DNA of 64,000 bases from the NCBI RefSeq assembly GCF_021869535.1, contig NW_026262701.1:79484001-79548000 (forward strand), read 5' to 3'. The notes beneath the pieces were generated by a model. That model was not told where the DNA came from, searched no databases, and worked only from the letters and a program-made list of their open reading frames with translations. Shown piece by piece: positions 25,235-38,200 of the stretch (positions within the stretch are counted from its first letter, which is position 1; each line of letters starts with the position of its first letter). The position numbers and the translations under genes are program-made. Source of the stretch: Mytilus californianus. Lineage: Eukaryota.

Positions 25235-26995
25235 ATGTAATTAATCATGTAGAATGAAATAACAAATGACCACAGACAGGGAATAAGTAAAGACTACGAC
25301 AAATAAACTGAAAAGGGAACACGACAAGAAACTTTCAACAAATTCTAAGAAAAATCCAAAAGCATTCTGGAAATACATTAAGTCAAAGTCTAAAACAAGA
25401 TCAGAAATACGAGAGCTGTCAACAGACCAAAATGATGAAAAATCTGGAAAGACTGATGATGACAAAGAAAAAGCTGAAATTTATACAACGTTCTTCAACA
25501 GTGTATTTACAAAAGGACCAGAAGGTAAGGCAGGGGCGTTTCTATGATATTTGAAAGAGGGGGCGTAGAATGAAATATTCGGAGCGAGACGAAAATTTTT
25601 TTGGACCTATTTTTTGCTACAAAACATAAAATAATTAATGAATATGATAAATTTCCATATTCATTACAATATTAGCAGATTGCGATAGCTTTTTTTTTTT
25701 TTTTTTTTTTTTGAAAAGGGGGGGCGTACGCCCATTACGCCGTCACCTGGACCCGCCCCTGTAAGGTGCATACATTATCGATAAGAGACACTTAAAGTAA
25801 AATGCAACAAATAAATGTAAAGATGGAAGAAATTTTTAAGATACTAAGGGGACAGAAAGTTAATAAATCTCCGGGACCAGATAGGTTACACCCTAGAATA
25901 CTCAAAGAGCTAACTGAAACAATATCCGTAAAATTACGCCCAATTATCAACCAATCAATTAGAACAAGTACTGTTCCAAAAAGTTGGAAAGAATCACACA
26001 TAAGCGCTATATTCAAAAAGAGCAAAAATGTATTGCTGTTTACCATAGACCTTTGAGCCTAACGTCAGGTGTGTGCAAAGTAATGGAAACAGTATTGGTA
26101 CGTGAACACATTGTCAAACATGAAAAGAAACAAGTTCTTTACTGGTCGTCAATATGGATTTATATCAGGTAGATCGACGTCTCTTCAATTATTAGATATC
26201 CTTGACAAATGGCAAGAAACAATTGATAATGGAAAATCTAGTATAGTTATCTACATGGACTACCTGAAAGCATTCGACACTGTGTTCCATATAAACAACT
26301 AATGAACAATCTAAGAGCACATGGCACAGAATATTGAGAACTAAAATGGGTAGATTGTTTTCTAAGTTACAGGATACAACACGTTTCGATAAACAACAAA
26401 ACTTCATCATGGTCAAAAGTAACCTCGAGTATACCCCAAGGATCTGTGTTGGGGCCATTACATTTTGTAATTTTTATAAACAACTTACCAAACCTTGTTG
26501 ATTCCGACGTATACTTTTTTGCTTTTTGTAGATGATACTAAGATTTTAACACAATTAATCAAAAAGATCATAAAACACAATTACAAAGTCCCCTAATAAT
26601 TATCGCAATTGAGTGATACCCATTAAAACTTCACCTTGCCAAGTGCAAATATATTGGTAAACCGGAACCGGACCCATACTCAAAGTAAACACTGAAGTCT
26701 ACAATATTACAAAGAGCTACTGAAGAAAAAGACATTGGAGATTTACTCTGAATTAAATTTCGAAAAACATATCAGCGAAAAGGTAAATAAGGCAAATTCA
26801 ATGTTTGCACTACTGAGAAGGACATTCCAATATTTAGATACAGATACCTTTTTACAACTTTACAAGACACTTGTAAGAACACATTTAGAGTTTTAAAGCT
26901 CAGTATGGCATCCATATAAAAAAAAATATATTGATATGATTGAGAATGTGCAGCACCGGATAAAGAAACAATTACCAGAATTAAAGAAAAACTAT
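25235..26995 (+). mobile_element. Degraded CR1-type LINE ORF2 (RT region) with stops and frameshifts
   Basis: Peptides KNPKAFWKYIKSK, KAEIYTTFFNSVFT, KSPGPDRLHPRILKEL, RPLSLTSGVCKVME, QYGFISGRSTSLQLL, IYMDYLKAFDTV, GIPQGSVLGP and YKTLVRTHLE...SVWHPY. Confidence 0.9.
25531..25761. mobile_element. CAGGGGCG...CGCCCCTG MITE inserted in the LINE, 5-bp TSD TAAGG
   Basis: TAAGG at 25526-25530 and 25762-25766 flanks 8-bp TIRs. Removing the element and one TSD restores the LINE reading frame (GPEGKVHTLSIRDT*SKMQQINVK). Confidence 0.85.
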
Positions 26996-29010
26996 TGAAG
27001 GACATGGCCACAAGAACAGGAGTATGAGGCATTATTATGAAAATCTTCTCACAGAGAGCCAGAACAGAATTAAAAAGGTCGAGGGATGTTTTAGAGAACC
27101 AAAATCATCCACAGCTAAAAATAAAATAACAAAAATACCGAACTCCAAGGAAAAGTCCCTTATCAAATGGCAAAATCGAAAGCTCAAACACATCAAACGA
27201 ATGGAAAACAACTGTCATATACCTGACTTGGTACAGGCATTTTTTAAAGTAGAAAATAGTGGATTAGTCCTGGTTTTATAGCTAGCTAAACCTCTCACTT
27301 GTATGACAGTCATATAGAATTCCTTTCTATTGACAACAATTAATGTGTGAGCAAAACAAACAGACATAAAACTCAGTCACACCCATACATACACATTTAT
27401 GTACATATGGACCTAAAAGAGACTGACCATTTTCCTTAAGATTAAGGTCACATAACCCATGGCCATAAATCAAGGTTAATTGGATGCTAAAATTAAAGGA
27501 AAGTTTTAAGCTGTAAAGAAATTGTCATATTAAACATTTCTTTTATGTGAACCATTATATGTATATATATGTCTCTGATTTCAGTCTAATGTAAACGGTG
27601 TAGATTTACTACTCTGTCGAGGAAAAGACTACCATTGATGTAAATAGGTCACAATGACAGAAGAAAAAAACCCAAATAGAATAGAAAACATTGGTAAACG
27701 AATTCGAGAGCCAAAGAAAGAACTCTAAAATTATACAATAAAAAGTTGAACTCCACGGGATTAAGAAAAAAACTGAAAACAAGAAGATACTCGAGTTTGA
27801 TTTATTATATTTCCATTCTGATAAAACCCAATAAAACACACGAGATTATTGCTATATCACATTTTGATCGCTTTTTTCGGGGTTATATAGGATATTTAAT
27901 TTTTCTTCGAATCATAATCAAAATCAATGAAATTATACCTCCTTGATACTGACATAGTTTGTAAGTTTTTAGCATACAATGGATGTACAAATCGTTTTAG
28001 TAATATGTCATATTTACTATAATTTCCATTCTCAATTTTATTACTGTTTTATTTCGTGAAGTATTGCAAACTGAACACTAACATGACTCATTTGCATATC
28101 CCGTCTTTTTCTTTTCTTTTCGTTTCACTTTAGCATTGATTTGAATATATCTGGTGATGAAGATTTTGATTTTTTATTCGATTATAGAAAACAAATAAAA
28201 AAAATTTGGACACTGCAAGAACATTCTTGGAAACAGCCATGCAACACCATATCACTTTGCATATACTTTTATATTTTATATTTTGATGACTATATGATCT
28301 ATATTCAGGAAAGTTTGGGTTTAACTCAGATGTACAAAATAATTAATTGAAAACAACACTGTTATGCAACTTTTTTTAAATAGTGACAATCATTTTTCCA
28401 TAGCTTTCCGTGCTGTACCGGCATATTATCAGGAAAACCATTTTCCTGGTATTTATACATTACAAAAATTCCTGTATCTATTTATAGCAGGCCGCCATTA
28501 GATTTACTGTCGTCAATTGACAAAGAAAAATAGTAAGTTTTCAATCAAAAAGCACAATTGTTTCAACTCAATTTACCTTAAAATTATATCATATCTCTAT
28601 CATTGACCTTGTGCGATTAACTTAAAATATAATTTGTCTGTGTATTTTATGGGTAGAAGCATTTCTGTTTGGAGTTAAAAATAGAATTATATATGTTTTA
28701 AAGTTTGTAAACAAAACGTTAACATTGCCGCCTATAGGCTTGTATCAGGGAATATGAAGGGCAAACATACTTTTCTCTTGAATACGACACACTAAGATAT
28801 GTTTTATTTTATTTTAAACACAAGAACCCTAGCGTACATATAAACTTGTTTAAATGAGGTCATTTACACCCCCCCTCCCCCCAAAAAAACCCCAAAAAAA
28901 TCCAACAACAAAAAACGAGAAAAAAAAAACAATCAACATTTTGCATACTACCGTTATGTTACATGCATAAAGTCACATTGTACAATTGGCTTTCAAATGT
29001 TTGGGTTAGA

Positions 29011-29053
29011 GCGTTCCCGATGAAGATAATCCAGAAAAGCGCATATCGGACGC
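29011..29053 (+). ncRNA. Degenerate hammerhead-like motif, family B (core CCGATGA)
   Basis: GCGTTC-CCGATGA-AGATAATCCA-GAAA-AGCGC...GGACGC. Stem I strands pair but the core U is mutated. Related motifs lie at 33945-33986 and 38899-38940 on the minus strand. Confidence 0.45.
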
Positions 29054-29869
29054 AAGAAATTAATAATTTAGTTTTAATTATGTTCTTTTCATCGAAATAT
29101 TGAATTGTGTAATATGTCTTCAAAACGCGGACCCAAACATCGTAATAACAAATTATCAGATCGAATTTAATGAATTGGACAGGTCTAAACTCCTCTCATT
29201 CTTTGCTATGACTATAACAAGTGGTGAACGAGGACACATACTAGTGCTATAATATAAAAGAAAGAGTTTTATAATGCACATCTCTTTGAATTATAGCATT
29301 CAACTCTCGAATATCAAAGGAAAAATTACCATTCATATTACAAAATAGCTTTGCATGAACTTTATAGTGCAACTGCGCCTGATCTTCATCTTCTTGTGCA
29401 ATTGCATTTTTAATTATCAGATAAACCACGATTTATTAAATGATCAGTAATTGGTTTTTTGAGTACTACATTATGCTTGGTTAAATTATCTTTTTAGGAC
29501 TCTGTGTGTTTTTATGTTTGTGTATTATGATAAGAATGTGTTTTAGCAGTCACATCGCAATGCATAGATCGATGCTGTAAATTAAGCACTGTATTAAACA
29601 GGATATGGATTTTACCCATTTTACGTCTGTCTAAGAACCAAAATCAAGAAAAAAGTCGGGCCCCTTACCTGAGTTATATATGACACATATTAGTATAGAT
29701 ATGACCATGTCTTATATATGATCATTGCGCTGACCAGGAGTTATCAGCGGCGACGACGCATGATATATTCTTGGAATCATGAATGATCAATAGTAGTTAA
29801 CCAATGTTCAAATCCCATTAGTCCAGTAAGAAGATACAACTCAAATTAAAAAAATAAAAAGAAACTAAG

Positions 29870-30335
29870 TGAATCCCAAAGGAGCGAGACCTGGAGCGTC
29901 GACAGGGTTAGCGTCTCGATCTCTGCACGAACCATCCGTTATGCGAATCCACACTCAGTCAATGTGTCACACGCAGGATATGACACAATCGGTAACTATA
30001 CAGGTTCGACTATTATTCCAGTACATGTATAGACAGATCTATGACCGCGATAACATGTCTCTTGTGAGTTGAGACAAAAACACATAGTGTTTGGTCAACC
30101 ATGTCGCAACGGTGACAATATAAACTATGTAGTGCCGATATCAGTCGTTCTTCCTAACTTATCTGTTGGAACCGTGGTCATACTACGATTGAGCAGAGGG
30201 TATGTTACTGTTGATAAATGGGAAGTTGGAAATTGGAAAATTAAAATCATCACGTTTGTCATAGATTCTTGTTTGATGTCGTCCATCTGTGTCAATATCA
30301 AGGACATATCAAGATATGAAGCAGACCTTCTAGTT
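29870..30335 (-). mobile_element. 3' fragment of a Penelope-like (Naiad-type) retroelement
   Basis: Minus strand reads SASYLDM...DTDGRHQTRIYDKRDDFNFPISNFPFINSNIPSAQS, the RT C-terminal/thumb motif of this PLE group, followed by non-coding 3' sequence. Confidence 0.7.
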
Positions 30336-30594
30336 TGAAAAGTATCATTAATCACAATATAAAATAGTAAAGTAGATGCACTAGGATATTTGAGATGCAA
30401 GCACTCACTGAAATATGGGTTCGAAATGTTAGGACATCATCACTATATTTGAAAATAATAAAAAAAAACTTTGCATAAACTAGGATGAAGTATAGTTTTT
30501 GTATTAAAAGGAAATAACTCGATATAATGAAAAAATTCTCTCCCATCAAAATGTGTTTTTTTTTGCGGAATATACATGTGTAAGAAAATATAAA

Positions 30595-32180
30595 TCACAT
30601 TACATAAACTGCTTGCTAAAGGAATTATGTATTGACAATTTACTTGACGACGCTTACCAAAAAGAAAATTTTGACTAATAATAGGTCGGTTCAATGTTCC
30701 TTCGCAATTACAATCAAAGATGAAAATCTGGATCTTCCTTCACTTTATTGGATACCTAAATTACATGTGTCCCTTCAAACAACGTTATATTGCAGGTCTG
30801 CCAAGTGCGCCACGAAACCTCTTTCCAAAATATGAACATCAATTTTCTCCTCAATCGAAGTCTGGCTTGAGAGTTATTGTAAAGCTACCTACGCAATGAA
30901 TGGTTTGAATCGGATGTAGATACTAAAACATTCCAGCGATCTGTTGGGTCCATACAATCTTAATCTCTTTCCTCTTGCAATAGTATAACAACATTATACT
31001 TTTCTACCCTTTACACAAGTATTCCCCATTTCAAACTTTGATGAAAAAAAAAAAATTGGTCCAACTTTGTTTCATAAAAAAATATATCGAAAGTGCATAC
31101 ACATATCTTGTAAATTCATACTTTGTAAAACAACTCTGATTAAAAAATTTTCTCTGAAACTAACATAATCAAGATGCTAGATTTCTTGGTTGACTAAATA
31201 TTTGTTACGTACGTGTTTTTCAACAAAGAATCGACATTCCTATTGGAAACAACTATGCTCCCATTCCTGCCGACTTGTTTAGTTTAAACATAATCACAAA
31301 CAGACTTATGAAGTCTTCTCCATAACTTGTTCCTATATTTACATGAGGCAGACTTCATATAGGAGCTTATTAAAAGAATGAAGAGAAGCTAGTATTATCG
31401 TTTAACTCCACATTTCGCAATATAAATGACGTCCACTCACGAAATTATTCAAGTTTTGGTGACTATGTTGAACCAATCTGTCCAATCGATCCTAAAATAA
31501 AGAAAACCACAGATACAGGTAAGTCTGTCTCATATTTGACTTACATCTAGAAATTGACAATGAGGGTCTGTTGAGAACTAAGCTTTAAGACAAGAGAGAT
31601 GATTTCAGCTTTTCAATTTTGAACTTCCCATTTTTATGTAGCAGCATTCCAGCAGCTCCTAATATGGAGTATCTATCTCCGAGTTGATACGATATTTCAG
31701 AGCTTGCGTTTCGTATTATGATTTCCTTAATATCTGATTTCTGTTTACAAGGAAGCTATTGTAAACCAAGGTTTCAAAGTGATGACAATTTACCGACACC
31801 ATTACGAGTTGGTTGACCGTCTTTGAATATCTGTTTCACAGACGACGATGCATTTGTTCCAATTGTCGTAACCACAGTCCAGTCCTGTTTCCCTCAAATA
31901 TGACATCACCGAAATAGACTTAACACCGACTTTATACCAACATGAGCAACAGGACGCAACACAACGGAAGCCACATGTGGTGCTGGAGCTGGTTACCCTT
32001 CCGGAGCACCTGAGATTACTTCCGGATTTGGATTGGGTTCATGTTGCTCAGTCTTTAGTTTTCAATGTTGTGTTTTGTAGACCGTTGTTTGTCTTTTTGT
32101 CGATTTTCGTTTTAACCATTGCGTTGTTAGTTTATCTTCCACTAATAAGTTTGAATGCTCCGGTATATTTCGCCTCTCTT
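30595..32180 (+). mobile_element. Decayed Penelope-like (Naiad-type) retroelement: RT remnants plus 3' UTR
   Basis: Broken frames give LDLPSLYWIPKLH, GSAKCATKPLSK, FSTLYTSIP, IPIGNNYAPIPADLF, SYLDLHLEIDNEGLLRTKL*DKRDDFSF, FPFLCSSIPAAP. The 3' UTR (CCACATGTGG...CCTTCCGGAGCAC...TTGCTCAGTCTTTAG) recurs at about 53775 and 61632. Confidence 0.8.
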
Positions 32181-32202
32181 TTATATACTTTTAGGTTTAA
32201 TT

Positions 32203-35200
32203 ATGGCAAGCCTGGATTTAGCTTTGACTTTGCCAAAACAAAAAATTGAGTTCGTTCTGAAGGAGGACCGATTCTTTTGTCCAGTATGTGAATGTGTTTT
32301 ACGAAGACCAATGCAGCTTCCTTGTGGACATTGCGTATGTGATGGTTGTATCAATACCCTTTTTGATTCTGATGGTCACGGGTATTGTCCGATGAATCCA
32401 GATAGCTGCAATGAAACGTTCGCAGAATCAGAGGTAAACATTTTATTTAAGATTGAAATCATTAATTGTGCCTGGGACTAGTAAGTACAATAACTATCAT
32501 TTGGCATTTAAAATTATCACAATCGAACAAAAATGGTTACGAAAAGGGCTCTTGTTATAAATGAACACATGGCTTAAAAAGAGGGAATAGTGTGTCTTAG
32601 GTAGTCATGGACGAATTCCATTAGTAATGCATCATGATCCTGAAATGTACATGCTATATTTCTTTACACAGACATAGAATAGACATCAATTGAAATTTGC
32701 CCTACATCTTTCTACAAAAATCTATAAAATTGTAAAAAATTCAATCATATGTATGCATGAAATTAAATGGAAATTGATTAAAGGATGTAGATAGACCTAC
32801 AAGAAAGTAATTTTATTTTTGCTCCGTTTTTAAGGGTTTCACTGGTAACAAGAAGTTCAGACAAAAACAGTATAAGTTAAATACATTATCTCAATTAATC
32901 AATTGGAACTCTAATAGAATTGCAAAAACTAACAAAGGATCTTCAAATTCGTCATGCTATATTTTCAAACAATGAAGATATTACGTGATAAAGATAAATA
33001 CAAATATGTCGAAGGTTGGCTTTAGAATACTGTCGGACAGAAATAACACAAATATTCACTATACTTGGTCTTTTTGTTTTTATTAGATTCATCAAGATTA
33101 TGGTTTGAGAAGAGATATTTTGTCTGCTACTGTTTATTGCCCAGAAATGGAAAATGGCTGTGCATACACTTCAAAACTTAAGCAAATCGAAGTAAGCTTC
33201 TAGACGTAAACTTCAACTGAAGAAATATAAAAGTCATTATCTATTTTGAACTACATCTTTACTAGTTTCATTATTTTCATATGACATAACTAAAGAGGAA
33301 AAAAAGAACAATAATAACATTTAGTTCTTCAGAAATTTACACCTTCTCGGAAAGTTTGTTAGAAAAATTAGTTTTAGATGAAACATTTCAAAGTGTACAT
33401 TTTCCATGGGTAATCTTATGGATAGATAGTTAACAGATACTGCAGATCCAGTAAAAAAACCTAATTATTCCTTTTCTTTTCGTCAAATCGTTAAAAGGTT
33501 GACTACTATATATTTTGACATTTAACAGAGACACTTGTTGTCAGATTGTGAGTGGAGGCTTGTTAACTGTACATTTAAAGATAAAGGATGTGATGGAAGC
33601 ATACGTTACAAGGACCTCCAGGATCATATTTCTACATCTTGTGTTCAAGCTCCCGTTGTATGTGCCTTCTGTAAATTATCAGTTTCCAGAGGCCAGATCA
33701 AGGTTAGTATTGTATGGATATATTGCATCACAAGACTTGCTTGCAAACGAGGTAGACTATTCTTGTCAAATGATATTTACACTGGTACTGGAACTGTATA
33801 TCAATCGTTTATGACGGTTTCCCGTTTCCTGTGTGGCATTGTAAAAAGTTAACATTAGGACTATCCCTACAAATCCTTTGTAAAGACGTAACTAATCTAA
33901 TATAACATGTTAAAAAAATAGAAATAACACGTTATAAATGTCATGCGCCCGAAGCGCATATGTGGATTTACCTTCATCAGGAACGCACAAAGCCAAATAT
34001 TTGCAAGCCAAGAATGTGTAAGAACCGAAACAGCTGAAGAGCAACTATGAATTAGATGGTAAAAGTAGCCAACGAATAAAAATTGTAGATTAAAAGTTTC
34101 AAATTTAGGATTGAGAATTATAACTTTAAAACACATTTTTACTTAAGAAAAAATTCATGCAATCCATAGATTTATTGGAAATGTTTATCTTAATCTTTCA
34201 AAAAGGGGAGAGATGGTTAATTTAATAGCCACACACACGGAACACTTATCTTCGCTCCAGATTTGTTAAATGACCGTGTTTGTCCTATTTTAATCGAAAT
34301 AATTCATGCAACCCACAGATATGTTATTATATTCAAATGTCAGTTTTGGAAAGCATATTATCTTTTCTAAAGGAACATCATGGAAATATATGCACAGAAA
34401 TATCCTTATCTTGCCCGTATGGATGCGGAATACAATCTTTAAAGAGAAGCAAAGTAAGTAGTGATATGCATAACAATAAGCTTGCATCCGCTTGAAATTA
34501 TTTCCTTTTACAGAATTTAAGGAACAAACACAATAATAATTATGCAAATTGTAAACTTATGTTTTAATTTAAAAACACTTTTTAGAATGAAAACCTTGAC
34601 GAATCAGGTAAGTATATTCACCTGCTTTTTTATTCCAGGAAACCTTTGCACATGTTGCAAGCGAGTTTGATTGTGAAACAGGGGTTCATGTATGCATATG
34701 GAGACTGGCTATTTGTTTTTCATATACGAATATCTTTGTTTTCCTTAGTGTCTAGAGAAATCAAATAAGATGACTATATAAGATGTTTCATAACAGTTTT
34801 TTATGCACTGCTCTTGTACGACGATGTTTTGTTGTATCATCTTATTACTTAGTTCATACGATCAAATGAAAGAACAAAAGGTCTTTGTTAGGTCTTTCTT
34901 ATTCTGAATTTATTGTTTTTGTCCCCTTACATATATTTTTCAACCGAGATGTATCATAATTAATATGAAATAAAAGTCACTGCTGTCTAGCACTGACTAC
35001 AAATGTATTTTCCCGCGTTTCTGAGTATAGCGGAAAAATGTTGTCTAAAAGGAACGTTTTTTAATAACGGTATGTTTTTGGCGGTTTTTTGTTATGTGTA
35101 GTTGTACACGTGGTTACGTGGACCAATCATTTGGATTGTCAATAAGTATTCTTATGTTAATGAGGTGAAAGCGGGTTTTTTATTTTCTTGTGTTTGAAAA

Positions 35201-38200
35201 TCATTCTAGCCGCAGACGTTCAACACTAAACTTCAATGTTTCATAATATTTGATATTATATGTTAATTTGTTTTTTTGATGAAGTTCGGCATCAATGTCC
35301 TGAGGCGTGCCTTGCACTTGCTCCGTAACACAGGTTTCCATATCAATTTTCTTTAGTAAAGTTTTTGTGGTTTTTCCTGGGCGGCGAGGTAACGTTAAAG
35401 ACGGATATATATTTACATACATACATAGAGATATGGGCTATTATTGCTTCATAGTAGACATTCTTTAGACGTTTATTCTTTCTGTGTACCTCAATTTGGA
35501 ATGTATTTGTATTTCATATATGTATTTATAATATAAAATATACGTTAAACGCCGGCTCTGTTAGTCTGCACGGCTAAATGCATTGCTTTGTGTTTGTTAT
35601 TATTGTAATGTAGTTAAGACGTTGAATTATATCCCCGGTAACATGAAAGTTCGCCAGCAGCACCTAAGTTATAGAGTAAATCACAACGAAATTTTCGACA
35701 TTCAGTCTTTTCTTGATTAAACATCGTTGTTGACATATATATACATAAATGTGACAAATGCCTGCATAGGTCCAGAAAAATGATTGAACGGACGCATTCG
35801 TTGTTATTTTTTAACCGTACTGTGTCAATTCCAATTTCTGCATTTTAAATGTAAATACCACAACAAATACATACCAACATGAAGAGCTTTAATTTTTACA
35901 TTTCATTATTCTTAAAATAACAATTATACTTAGCAATTATGCGAGCCCTATGCTTAATCTCCAAAGCAATCCTACACGGTGACATTTATATTTAATCATG
36001 TCTGACCGTTGTTATAGAAAACACATGCTAAAAGTTCCTTAAATGCTAAAAATCTGTTATGTTTGCAACGTCATCTAGGTCTTTTTTGGAAATTTTTTGT
36101 TGTTGCAAGAAAATATATCCTTTATTAAAGACTACAATTTTTTAATGATTTTTGATTTACCGAGAATCAAATAAACAATGTAGAATGAAAAAAACACACT
36201 CATATTATTATCTTCAATGACATCTGTATCCTTTCATCATTTGCAATGCTGTATTCTATTCGTTGTGTTTGTGGATATAGATGACACAGCATATGAAAGA
36301 ATGCTGCAACAGACTACTTCCTTGTCAATATCAGATTTTTGGCTGCGCCTTCAAGGTAAGTACCATTTATTTTACTGCTACAATTATTATGAAAAATGTG
36401 CAGTTGATGACATTTTGGATATAATGTATCATTTTCACAAATCAGATTTGATTAATCTAGAAATTTAAAGTATACTTTTCATGAAACCGTGCTAATCTGA
36501 TATTCATTATATCGAATTTATATTACCGAAAAATATTCACAAGTGACCGCTGTTGCTTTTATGATAAATCGTTGAAATTATTTTTCTATGTAGCTGAAAT
36601 ATAAATATAAATATTTAAAAATAGTTTGTCTGATATGTACGTGAGATTCCTATTTTGAAATGGTAATAAGCTAAAATTTAGAGCACCAGTAGTCTATCAA
36701 TTTTTAAATCTCATAAATCCACGGAGAAAATCACACGAACTCCAAAAGACCTTATGGTGCTAGAATAAGCCAGAGGAATTGCAATAGTGCCACGTTAAAA
36801 ACAAATTTAAAGTGTGAACAGTCTCAGAAAGTTTTTCTGAATATTCAAAGAATTCTTATTACGTTGTGAAAACCAAAATGAAAATAAACCTTTCCCGTAA
36901 ATGGTAGTATTCCTTGATGACAGATTATCAAATTGATTTTTAAAATAAGATTTTCCTTTTCACTTATATTGTATGTAGTTCTTTCTATCAAATCATACGA
37001 TTTTGAAACGCGATTAAGTGTCAAAAAACAATTTTGTACTTTCTGACTTTCAGCAAACAGCTGCACATATTAGTTTCCAGTTACTTATAACATAATCGAA
37101 TAGATAAATGGCATATAAAACATCAGAATTATACATGTAATATATGGTCTATGGGCAGTTTTACTTTTCTTCAAGACGTACATTTTCTAATATACACGTT
37201 GAATATCGATACCAGTGCGCAGAACACGTACTTTGGAAAACCCAAGGACGAAATGTTTTAGAAGCCTTAATGATAAATATTGAAGAGCATTAAGTTACGG
37301 AATAGTCAAAATCGTATAGGTGGTATGACAGTACTTACATTTCGGAATTTAGGTTGCTCTTTTGTGTACCCTACTTAAATCAATGTATCTGAACACTGAT
37401 TGGACAAAAATACAGTATCTACTGAAATACTTTCCCAAACTGAGAGATGAATCAGGTGTAGAAAAGTATGAAGTAATTTTAAAAACAGGTAAAAAAGATT
37501 TTTTTTACAATTTTTGAGAATTTTGTATTCAAGATTTTGCTCTGAGTAGCAAAGAACAACTTTGAACATTTGTAAATATGCAATTGAATGCCAAAATACT
37601 ACACTTATTGATATATTTGCAAAATCAAAACAATGTCCATGTTTTTGAAATTTAGGGTAATAATTGTTTGTTTTAATTTGTCACTTCATTCAATATCTTT
37701 GTGCTATATACTGTAGATTTGAAAAGTATAAGTAGCATTTTTTTCCTATTTGCTGTTTTCTAAAATATGTGCAAAACTTTGATGTGGATATTAGCATCAC
37801 AAGTGACTTAAAAATATGAATCGAAGGATATGTGGGGTATACGTCAATGAGACAGCAAGCAAATGACAAGATTAAACAAAAATACCTATACTAGAGGTCA
37901 ACAATAAACATGTGTTTACATCATCCAGAGTAGCTATCTATCCTTTCATAGGTTTGGATGGAAACCCTTACGTTTGGGAATTTTGGGATGAAATTTTAGA
38001 CAAAGACTAAAGGTTTATATCCGCAATATCTTAGATGAGTTCGATAATTAGCGCAGACCAATTACTTGTTTCCCCCAGTCGCCGATTTGTGGTAAGCTTA
38101 AAAAAGTTTAAAAGAACAGACAAAAAGAGTTTGAGTTATTTCTCTTTGACAGATTAGATATGTGCTACGGTAGGTGATATATGAACGCTGTTCTTTTGTT

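Noticed and set aside
34586-34607. 22-nt AG/GTAAGT-bounded micro-exon in the TRAF gene
   Set aside because: Its inclusion shifts exon 36281-36355 out of the frame that encodes the TRAF zinc finger (MTQHMKECC...GCAFK).
37353-37488. Open 136-nt segment with AG/GT ends in a TRAF intron
   Set aside because: It is phase 0 to 1 and cannot fit between the flanking phase-0 junctions, which already join into a continuous zinc finger.
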